This document shows, in pieces, positions 52,376 through 60,433 of a DNA stretch of 64,000 bases. The stretch is from Planctomycetota bacterium (GTDB lineage Bacteria > Planctomycetota > B15-G4 > SIAN01): contig DAINBU010000005.1 of assembly GCA_036732755.1 (NCBI GenBank), forward strand, positions 3,872 through 67,871, read 5' to 3'. A model generated the notes under the pieces. That model did no database searches. It was given only the letters and a program-made list of their open reading frames with translations, and had not been told where the DNA came from. A program made the position numbers and the translations under genes. Each line of letters starts with the position of its first letter. Position 1 is the stretch's first letter.

Positions 52376-54286
52376 ATGCTCCGCCGCCACTCGGGGATTC
52401 TTGCTGGTATCGCATTGGCAGCCCTGTGGTCCGTTGTCGGCCTCGGGTTGCTGCGCGACTATGGGCCGACTTGGGACTGCACGATCGGCGAGTACCCGCT
52501 CGGCGAATCGCTTCTGCATGCAATGACGTCCGACGCGTCGCTGCGCGAGGCCCCGCTCCACGCGACGATCGGAAACCTGCGCGCTCCGCATCCCGCGTTC
52601 AATCTCGAGCTCTCATGGCATGTGTGTTGGCCACTCGCCTCGACTCTCTCGGCCGCCAGCTGTCGTCTGTTCTGGACTGAGCTCGACTGGATGCCAGCGA
52701 TGGCGGCACACAACCTCCCGATCGTACTATTGGTCGCTGTGCTCATCGTCTGCATCGTTCGCTGGATGACCCCGCGAGCGGGAGTCCTGACGGCGCTGTT
52801 CGCCTCGCTTTTCTTGATGACTTCGCCGCGATTCTTCGCCGACTCCTTCAACAATCTCAAGGATACGCCCGAGGCGGTACTTTACACGATCGCGCTGCTC
52901 GTCGCGGCGCGTGCAGTACGAATCGGCGGCATCCGATCCTGGCTCGCGGCTGGGGTGCTCTGCGGCGCCGCGCTTGCGCAGAAGGCCAACGCAATCTTCC
53001 TCCCGATCGAAGTTGCAGGATGGGTCTTGGTGTCTCGATGGATGCGCGTGCCGGCCCGCGATCGAGAGCGGCGACCGCATGAATGGCGCGACGTCATGTT
53101 CGGATTGATCGCCGCCATCGTAGCCTACTTCGCCCTCTCGCCGCAATTCTGGTTCGACACAATCGACCGCCTGACGCAACATTACACCCATATCTTCCGG
53201 ACCGGCAACATCGCGTTCCGTGCGGCGGACATCGGACAACAACCCGGCGCGGCCAATCTCCGCGTCGATCTCGACGGCGTGATGCAGGCCGTCACCACGA
53301 CGCCGATTCCAGTGCTGTTGCTTTTCATCGTCGGGCTCTTTGCGCCGACGCTTTCCCGCCGCGACCGCGCGCTCCTCGCCATCGGTACCGTCCTCCCGGT
53401 CGGGCGCACGCTCATCCCGGGAATGGTCAACTTCGATGGAGTTCGACATTTCGACGAGTTCCTTCCGCCGATGTGCCTGCTCGCGGCGTCCGGACTCTCT
53501 TGGCTCGCGGAGCGTGTCACGCGCTGGCGGCGATTGACGTCTCGCCGCGCTCTCGCTCGGGTCGTCGCGAACAGCCTCCTCGCCGCAGCGATCTCGCCGG
53601 GTGCATGGGCGACGCTCCGCACCCATCCGAACGGAACCGTCTACTTCAACGCCCTCGTCGGCGGCCTCTCGGGCGCGCAGCACTGCCAGCTGCGAGATGC
53701 CACTGACTATTGGGGCAATTCGTATTGGCAGGCGATCGACTGGCTGAACGTCCATGCAGAATCGGGTGCTTCGATTCTCTCGCCGGTGGCTGGCCATATC
53801 GTGCGAGCGATCGCTCCGGTTCGGCTGCGGTCCGACCTTCACGCGGGCGAACCCGACGACGGCGGACGCAACGAATCACTCTACGTCGTCTACATCACAC
53901 GGCGCGGCTGGTACGACCGCGCGCTGGTGGAACTCGACCAGGAGGTCGCGCCGGTCCACACGATTTGCGTCGACGGCGCTCCGATCCTCAAGATCCTCCG
54001 CTTTGCCGCGGGAGAAGAGGCGACGCGCGCGCGCGAGCGTCTCGTTCGTTCGCAGCGCGCCGTGATGCTGCGCAACCGCATCGCAGCCTGGGTGCAGCGC
54101 GATCCCCGCCTTTTCTACGAGATCGAGCGCGTCCTCGCGGGACGCGCGACAGCAGGCGACGAAGCGACGCTGAACCACTTGCGAGCGATACTTCCGCCCA
54201 AACTCCATCCGGGGCTCGAAGACTTCCTGCGCGAGCTCGATCCGGGCCCTGGATTCCCGCCGGCAGACAGCCCGAGCGATCGATGA
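52376..54286 (+). CDS. GT-C fold membrane glycosyltransferase (family 39-like), about 636 aa
   Basis: Start ATG 52376. Motifs DYGPTWD, NNLKD.P and HFDEFLP, and TDYWGNSY in the periplasmic tail. Multi-TM. Confidence 0.75.
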   Translation: MLRRHSGILAGIALAALWSVVGLGLLRDYGPTWDCTIGEYPLGESLLHAMTSDASLREAPLHATIGNLRAPHPAFNLELSWHVCWPLASTLSAASCRLFWTELDWMPAMAAHNLPIVLLVAVLIVCIVRWMTPRAGVLTALFASLFLMTSPRFFADSFNNLKDTPEAVLYTIALLVAARAVRIGGIRSWLAAGVLCGAALAQKANAIFLPIEVAGWVLVSRWMRVPARDRERRPHEWRDVMFGLIAAIVAYFALSPQFWFDTIDRLTQHYTHIFRTGNIAFRAADIGQQPGAANLRVDLDGVMQAVTTTPIPVLLLFIVGLFAPTLSRRDRALLAIGTVLPVGRTLIPGMVNFDGVRHFDEFLPPMCLLAASGLSWLAERVTRWRRLTSRRALARVVANSLLAAAISPGAWATLRTHPNGTVYFNALVGGLSGAQHCQLRDATDYWGNSYWQAIDWLNVHAESGASILSPVAGHIVRAIAPVRLRSDLHAGEPDDGGRNESLYVVYITRRGWYDRALVELDQEVAPVHTICVDGAPILKILRFAAGEEATRARERLVRSQRAVMLRNRIAAWVQRDPRLFYEIERVLAGRATAGDEATLNHLRAILPPKLHPGLEDFLRELDPGPGFPPADSPSDR

Positions 54287-54789
54287 CCCCGCGCGCGCGA
54301 ACGTGGCCGAATCGCTGGGTGCTTATCGCGACGTTTGCGCTCCTCGCATGGCGCATCGCCGGTTCGGCAGCCGAGCTGGGACGGACGTGGACTCGCGGAG
54401 ACGTATTCGGCCGCTCGTTCCAGGAGCGGATCGCGGCGATCGACGAGCCATTCGACGCGCGATTGCGCCATTCGCTTCGCTTAGGCTCCAGGGTCTACGA
54501 CGCGATCCTGGAGCACGTGCCTGCGAACGGGATCGTCGGGTTGACCCAGCGCGGCGGCGAAGCCGAATTCAAGCTCGTTCGCGCCCTCGTCTCGCTCACG
54601 TATCCGCGTCGCTATGCGTCGCTGGAGGAGGTGCTTCCGGGCAAAGCGCGCAGCGCCCCGGCCGGCGACCGTCACGGCTTCGTGCTGACGTTCGCTCCGA
54701 ACGAGGAGTTTCCCGGCCAGGAGCGCTGCGAGCGCCTCACCATCACCCCACGCTTTTCGTTGTGGCGAGTGAAGCCGGAGGCGCAATGA
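54283..54789 (+). CDS. Hypothetical membrane-anchored protein, 168 aa
   Basis: ATGA overlaps at both ends and an N-terminal hydrophobic helix. Confidence 0.65.
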   Translation: MTPRARTWPNRWVLIATFALLAWRIAGSAAELGRTWTRGDVFGRSFQERIAAIDEPFDARLRHSLRLGSRVYDAILEHVPANGIVGLTQRGGEAEFKLVRALVSLTYPRRYASLEEVLPGKARSAPAGDRHGFVLTFAPNEEFPGQERCERLTITPRFSLWRVKPEAQ

Positions 54790-56309
54790 CGATCGGCATT
54801 TTCGCGCTGCTCATCATGCTCGGTGCGCCGCTCATGCTCGGCGCCGGGATCGTACGGGCGATCGGAGTGTCGTCGCGTGACGGTCGGCTCGCGTTCATCG
54901 GTTGGGCGTGGATGGCCGGTTCGCTCGCACTCGCCCTGCTCATCGATATCGCACTGTGGCTCGAGCTCCCGCTGCGCGCGACGGTCATCGGCTCCGCGGT
55001 CGCCGCAGCGATTGTCGCCTCGTGGTGGTTCCCGCGCCTGACACGACGCCGAGAGAGACAGGCGACGATCGCCACTGCCGCGATCGCCCCGCCGCCGGAC
55101 GGTTCGCGCTTCGGGCGCGCGGCGTTCGCGGTCGCCGTCGTCTTCGTCCTCTTCCTCACGTTCGATCGCAGTCTCATTGCCAACGCATCGGTCGTCTTCT
55201 TCGGCGATGAAATGTGGATCTGGAATGGGAAGGCGCAGGCGCTTTTCACCGCCGGAGGCTTCAACGCCGCGTTGGCGCGCGCCGCGGCCGAATTGCGACT
55301 TTCCCATCCCGACTATCCGCCGCTGGTATCGCATTCCGCGCTGTGGACCTATCTCTTCACGGGCGGCGTGAATTTCGTCGAGGTCAGGCTGACTGCACAA
55401 TGCACCGTTGCGGCGCTGCTTCTGATCGCGGGCGCGGCGCTGCGACGGCGCGTTGCTCCCGGTGTCGCCGCGGTGCTGCTGTTCCTGCTCGCAACGACTC
55501 ACACGCTGTCGCTGGCGACGTCGCGATGTTCCGGGGACGGCTACGTCGCGCTCGGCTTCCTCGCCGCGCTCGATGCGTGGCTGCGCTTCGAGGAGACCGG
55601 CGCGCGGCGTTGGTGGCGATGGTTGTGCGTCTCGCTCGCGTTCGCAGTGTTCTCGAAGAACGAGGGGGATCTCTACCTTCTTGCGCTTGCAGGCGGCATC
55701 GCCGTCGCGGCGCTCTTCCAGCCGCCGATCCGCGTACGGTTGAAGGAGCTCCGCGGCGCGTGGGTCGTCGCGCCGCTGCCGCTTCTGCTGATCGGCGTGC
55801 AGTGGCTCGCGAACGCGCGCAGCGGATTCGCGAACGACTTCGCGGGCGGTAAGCACGACGACTCACTCTGGAAGATGCTGCCGGGCCGACTGCAGAGCAG
55901 CGTCTTCACGAAGATCCTAGGCGCCTACTGGACGACGATGACGACGACGACCTTGCCACCGAACGACGGCCGACCGTGGTTCACCCAGCCGTCGGACCAG
56001 AATCTGCTGATGTTGCTGGCACTGGTGCTCGCGTTGCTCGCACCGCGCCGGACACTTCGCGGGCCGCGTTGCGTCGTCGCCGCTGCCGTCATCTTCTCGC
56101 TGGCAGGCATGGCGGTCATCTACGTCGGGACGCCCCACGACGTCGACTGGCACCTGTTCTTCTCGGTCGATCGCGTCCTCGGGCAGATTGTTCCCGCCGC
56201 GACGCTCCTCCTCGCACAAACCCTGAACGAGCGGCTCCACGACCACCGCGCCCTGCGCCTGCAGGCGTTCCACGGCGACGACTCCGGGACGCAGCCGAGC
56301 GGCCCGTGA
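54786..56309 (+). CDS. GT-C-like multi-TM membrane protein (family 39-like)
   Basis: Start ATG 54786. Motifs DEMWIWNGKAQALF, HPDYPPL and KNEG. More than 10 TM helices. Confidence 0.68.
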   Translation: MTIGIFALLIMLGAPLMLGAGIVRAIGVSSRDGRLAFIGWAWMAGSLALALLIDIALWLELPLRATVIGSAVAAAIVASWWFPRLTRRRERQATIATAAIAPPPDGSRFGRAAFAVAVVFVLFLTFDRSLIANASVVFFGDEMWIWNGKAQALFTAGGFNAALARAAAELRLSHPDYPPLVSHSALWTYLFTGGVNFVEVRLTAQCTVAALLLIAGAALRRRVAPGVAAVLLFLLATTHTLSLATSRCSGDGYVALGFLAALDAWLRFEETGARRWWRWLCVSLAFAVFSKNEGDLYLLALAGGIAVAALFQPPIRVRLKELRGAWVVAPLPLLLIGVQWLANARSGFANDFAGGKHDDSLWKMLPGRLQSSVFTKILGAYWTTMTTTTLPPNDGRPWFTQPSDQNLLMLLALVLALLAPRRTLRGPRCVVAAAVIFSLAGMAVIYVGTPHDVDWHLFFSVDRVLGQIVPAATLLLAQTLNERLHDHRALRLQAFHGDDSGTQPSGP

Positions 56310-56434
56310 TCAAGGCGGAAGTCGAAGGCGACCCGTGCTCCGAGCGCGAGATCCAAGAGTCGTTTCCGCAGCTTGCGACGAAACCGACCACGTTCGTCGG
56401 CGGTGTAGGGTGCACTTCTCCGTCCGAATGTCCA

Positions 56435-56479
56435 GCGACACCCAGTCCTACGAGATAAGGCGACACCCACCTTTACGAG
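56435..56479. repeat. Two-copy 25-nt-period direct repeat GCGACACCCA-N4-TACGAG
   Basis: Units start at 56435 and 56460 in a 318-bp intergenic region. Confidence 0.6.
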
Positions 56480-56627
56480 TCGGTCAGCCATGGTCTGTGT
56501 TTCTTCCGGTACGACTCTTTGGGACCTTGCCGCTATGCCGTCTGATTGCGCGGTCCGTGCGCCGCGCGGTCAATGTTGCGGCCTTGCTTAGCTCGCGGAT
56601 CGCCGCGCCACTATCCTTCCGCTCCCG

Positions 56628-58208
56628 ATGCCACCCGAAACGCCGCCCCTCCGACCGCACCGCCGGATTCACCTCGTCCTCCTGACGCTCATCGTCGCGT
56701 GGGGCGGCGTGGCGCGCGGCGGCGCCCTCGTCGGTCCCTTCGGGTTCGGGTGGCAGCACCTCGGCGCGTTCTATTCGGAGGTCGCGCGCAACTATTTGCG
56801 TTACGGTCTCCTCGAGACGCGCTTCGCGATGGTCCGGAATCCCGAGCCCGAGCCGCCGGAGTTGCGCGAGGTGTACGGGCACCATCCCCCGGGAATGGGA
56901 TTGACGACGGCGGCGCTCGCGAAGTGCATGGGCGAAGGACCACTCCCGGTCAAACTGAGCGGCCTGCTCTTCTCCCTCTTCCAGATCGTCATCACGTACT
57001 TCCTCGTGGCCGGAGCGCTCTCACCGAAGGCCGGGCTCGCGGCGGCGTTCGCGACGGCCGTCCTGCCGGCGGGGGCGTACTTTGCGAGCCACGGGAGCGA
57101 ACTGGGTCCTCAGGCGCTCTCGCTCGCGCTCCTCGCGCTGTTGCTCGATGAGAGTGCGCGGAGCCGCGACCCGGCGCGGCCGCGATCCGCAGCCGTGCTC
57201 GGCGCGATCACCGCATCGCTTTTCTTCGCCTGGCCGGCGTTAATCGTCGCCGGCTTCGTCGCGCTGCGAGACGCCCTCGGCCGCCGATTCCGTCGGGCCG
57301 TGCTATTTGCCGCGATCGTTCCCGTCGCGTTGGGACTCCAGATCTTGCACACGCATCTCGCGACCGACGGCGCTGCGGGCGGCGTGCAGGGTGCGGGGGC
57401 GCTGGTGCGGGCGTTCATCGCGCGCAGCACCACCGGGGTCGACGGATACTTCGGCGGCTTCACGCCACGGCAGGTGGCGATCCGAGTCCTCCACCACCTC
57501 CGGTTCCTCTTCGGTGTACCGGGAATCGCGATCGCGCTCCTCGCCGTCCCGCTCGCGCCGTGGCTCGGTCGTGCTGCGGGCCGACCGGAATGCCGCTTCG
57601 GCCCGCGCGCGCGCTCGACGATGGCGGGCCTGGCGGCGCTCGCGCTGCTCTATTCCGTGCCACTGCTGCAGGCCGTCGTCGTCCACCGTTACTGGTTGAT
57701 CGTCGCGCTGCCGCTCGTCGCGTTCCTCGTCGGCGCGGCCGTTCACGCGACGACGACGGGCCCGGCCGCCCGCGTCCTCTGGATCGCAACGGCGCTCGTC
57801 GTCGGCGTCGCGACCACGCGCACCGTCTTCGAAGCGCAACGTGCCGATCGGACGCCCTTCTACGAGGAGCTCGGCGTCGCGCTGCGCGAACACGTGCCAC
57901 TCGGAGTCCCCCTCGTCACCACCGAGCGCCAGACGAGCGCCGTGGACTTCTACGCCGAGCGCAAGATCACGTACGGATTCGGCGATCGCGACCTCGATCA
58001 CTTCCTCGCGGAGGGCGCCCGTCCGGCATTTCCTTCGGCGGGCGTCTGCGCCGTGGTCGAGCCGGCGGTCGACCCCGCTTCGCTGCGCGCCGACCGCCTC
58101 GTCGCCTTTCTCCACGAGAATTGGGAGGCGACCCGAATCCGGCTCGAAAAGTCGGGAGCCGACCTCTTCCAGTTCGATTCCTCGAAGCGCAAGGCGAAGG
58201 CGCGCTGA
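56628..58208 (+). CDS. GT-C fold membrane glycosyltransferase (family 39/ArnT-PMT-like), paralog of 48877-50454
   Basis: GWQHLGAFY..ARN, YGHHPPG and HGSELGP. The C-terminus RIRLEKSGAD matches RYRLEKTGAD. Confidence 0.75.
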   Translation: MPPETPPLRPHRRIHLVLLTLIVAWGGVARGGALVGPFGFGWQHLGAFYSEVARNYLRYGLLETRFAMVRNPEPEPPELREVYGHHPPGMGLTTAALAKCMGEGPLPVKLSGLLFSLFQIVITYFLVAGALSPKAGLAAAFATAVLPAGAYFASHGSELGPQALSLALLALLLDESARSRDPARPRSAAVLGAITASLFFAWPALIVAGFVALRDALGRRFRRAVLFAAIVPVALGLQILHTHLATDGAAGGVQGAGALVRAFIARSTTGVDGYFGGFTPRQVAIRVLHHLRFLFGVPGIAIALLAVPLAPWLGRAAGRPECRFGPRARSTMAGLAALALLYSVPLLQAVVVHRYWLIVALPLVAFLVGAAVHATTTGPAARVLWIATALVVGVATTRTVFEAQRADRTPFYEELGVALREHVPLGVPLVTTERQTSAVDFYAERKITYGFGDRDLDHFLAEGARPAFPSAGVCAVVEPAVDPASLRADRLVAFLHENWEATRIRLEKSGADLFQFDSSKRKAKAR

Positions 58209-58336
58209 CCCGTCGCGTGGCGCGCCTCGCGGCACGACGCGGATGCCCGGTTCATTCCGATCGGACGACCCGTCCGTCGCGAAACGTCAGGCCCGCGTCG
58301 TCGAACAGCGCCTGGACCAGGGGATTCGTGCGGTAG
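58128..58336. repeat. Direct repeat, copy 2 (native copy spanning two convergent gene ends)
   Basis: Matches 52150-52358. Contains the stop of 56628-58208(+) and the stop of 58252-59958(-). Confidence 0.95.
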
Positions 58337-59958
58337 GGGGTCGCGATCTGCTCGACGACGGCGGGCACGAGGTCGGCGGCGCGGCCGAAGGCGGCGAGCG
58401 CCTGCCCCGACCGCTTCTCGATCGCCTCCACGACGCCGAGGCCGAGCCACGCCGTCGCGCACTTCGGGTCGAGGTCGACCAGCCGCAGGAACTCGTGGCG
58501 CGCCGATTCGGCCGCCGCCGGATCGCGGTCCTTGAAGTGCGCCTTGAACAGCAGCGGCAGCGCCGCACGCGCCCGCGCCTCGACGAACGTGCCGGGCCGG
58601 TAGCCGGCGCGGAGCAGGTACTCCTCGTAGCGCGGCTCCCCCTCGAACCTCCAATCGGACGCCGGAGCGAGGACGCCGGAGCTCGCCATCGTCTTCAGGA
58701 TCACGTCGGCGAGCAGTTGATGGCCGCGCAGGACCGGATGGACGTAGTCGATGAACCAGCCGTTCTGTCCGGGCAGGCCGGGCGCCGCGGCGGCGTCGAG
58801 GACGGGGCGCGGATCGACGACGATCGCGCCGTACGTCAACGCGACCTCGTCGATCACCTCTTGGAGCGCCCGCGTCAGGCGGACCGGCGCACCGTCCTCG
58901 TCGAGCGCGCGCACGAGCTCGCGCTGCGCCTCCTCGGTCCGTCCGGCGCGCAGGAGCAGCCAGCCGCGCTCGTAGTGGCAGAGCGCGATGCCCGCGTCGA
59001 TCCGCTCCAGTTCGTCGACGCGTCGGAGCGACTCCGCGATCCGATCGGCCGCGAGCGCGCCGCCGCGGTCGAGCTCCGCCTGGAATCCGCGTCGCGCCGC
59101 CATGGCCTCGGCGAGGACCTTCCGGAAGCGCGAGCGCTCGGCGTCCGGCGTCGTCGCGGCGAACGTCGACGACTCGGTCGGCGTGTCGACCAGATCGGCT
59201 ACGGGATGCACCAGAAGGGTCCGCGTCCCGCGCGCCGTCGCGAGCGCGACGATCCGCTCGAGGTGCTCGCGATAGCGGTCGGCGCCGCGCCGGAGCTGCG
59301 CATCGGTCAGGAACGCCGCGTCGCGGATCCGCTCGCTCTTCACGCGATTCACGAGTTGGCGGGCGTCGACGGGCCGCCGCACGCATTCGAGCGCCACCGT
59401 TCCGAGCCGCGAACACGACAGCGCGCGGCGGAGCGCGTGCGCGAACGGGTTCACGATCGGCAGGAGATTGCGGTCGAGGAACTCGTTGTGGCCGACGTAC
59501 ACGACGAGCACGTCGGCGCCGGCGAGGTCGGTCTCGTCCAGGAGGTCGAGGACGTTTTCGCTCGCGAAGCCGTTCGAACCGAGGTTCAGCACCTCGATCG
59601 ACGCCTTCGGCAGCAGCTCCGCCAGCCGCATCTCGATCCAGCACGGGAAGGGAACCGGCGGCTCGAACGGGTGCCCGAAGCAGGTGGAGTCGCCGACGCA
59701 CACGACGCGACGCGCGCCGGCGGCCGGATGCTCGGGGAAGCGCTGCACGCGGAAACGCGTGTTCTCGACCGGCGGGGCGCTGCTGGCGACGTACGACCGC
59801 CGCCCCTCGGCAGCGATCACGGGCAGGAAGTAGTGGCGGCGCGGATCGCGTCCCACCACGACGAACGCGAGTTCGACGACCAGGAGGAGCGTCGCGACCA
59901 GGAGCGGAGCGCCGATGCACGCGAGCGCCAGCTTCCTTCGGAGTCGGGAGGCAGTCAT
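58252..59958 (-). CDS. Membrane-anchored SGNH/GDSL hydrolase with TPR repeats
   Basis: N-terminal TM, block I VGDST, block II NLGSNG, block III GHNE, block V DYVHP and TPR-like helices. Confidence 0.85.
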   Translation of the reverse strand: MTASRLRRKLALACIGAPLLVATLLLVVELAFVVVGRDPRRHYFLPVIAAEGRRSYVASSAPPVENTRFRVQRFPEHPAAGARRVVCVGDSTCFGHPFEPPVPFPCWIEMRLAELLPKASIEVLNLGSNGFASENVLDLLDETDLAGADVLVVYVGHNEFLDRNLLPIVNPFAHALRRALSCSRLGTVALECVRRPVDARQLVNRVKSERIRDAAFLTDAQLRRGADRYREHLERIVALATARGTRTLLVHPVADLVDTPTESSTFAATTPDAERSRFRKVLAEAMAARRGFQAELDRGGALAADRIAESLRRVDELERIDAGIALCHYERGWLLLRAGRTEEAQRELVRALDEDGAPVRLTRALQEVIDEVALTYGAIVVDPRPVLDAAAAPGLPGQNGWFIDYVHPVLRGHQLLADVILKTMASSGVLAPASDWRFEGEPRYEEYLLRAGYRPGTFVEARARAALPLLFKAHFKDRDPAAAESARHEFLRLVDLDPKCATAWLGLGVVEAIEKRSGQALAAFGRAADLVPAVVEQIATPYRTNPLVQALFDDAGLTFRDGRVVRSE

Positions 59959-59959
59959 C

Positions 59960-59983
59960 GACGTCCAATCCTAGTGGGACGTC
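59960..59983. promoter_or_regulatory. Operator candidate GACGTCC-N10-GGACGTC enclosing a -10-like TAGGAT (minus strand)
   Basis: Perfect 7-bp inverted repeat 1 nt upstream of ATG 59958. Confidence 0.45.
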
Positions 59984-60170
59984 TCCGTCTGCCGCCCGTC
60001 ACGGATCACGACCGATCGGCGACGCCGAGACCGTACGACTCCTGCGCGAGGCCCTGCCGCCCGAATTGAAGGACGGCGCCGAGGATCTGCTGCGCGCCGA
60101 CGGCGGCCGCTCGACCGAAAAGTTAGCGTGCGGCGGCAACGGACTCGCTTCCCAGCGCGCGGAGGAACGG

Positions 60171-60422
60171 ATGAACTTCTCGAACCAGAAGCTCGCGATC
60201 GCCGGATTCGTCGTCGCGGCCGCCTGCGTGATCCTCGGCCGCTACGCGCTGTCGAGGGGCGAGATCCGCGAGCGCGACGTGTTGATGGTCTTCGCCGGCG
60301 GCCTGGTCGCCGGGCTCGCGCTGGTCCGCTTCTTCAGGCAGTGGGGCGCCGCGCCGTGCGCGCCGCCGCCTGCTGAAGTCGTCCCTCCTCCGCCGCCGCC
60401 CGCGCCGAAGACCAAGAGCTGA
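60171..60422 (+). CDS. Small two-TM membrane protein with Pro-rich tail, 83 aa
   Basis: GGAGGA RBS before ATG 60171 and two hydrophobic helices. Confidence 0.7.
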   Translation: MNFSNQKLAIAGFVVAAACVILGRYALSRGEIRERDVLMVFAGGLVAGLALVRFFRQWGAAPCAPPPAEVVPPPPPPAPKTKS

Positions 60423-60433
60423 GCGGAGACGCG

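Noticed and set aside
56116-56491. Minus-strand ORFs 56116..56466 and 56120..56491
   Set aside because: They overlap the end of a supported plus-strand gene and have no motifs or RBS.
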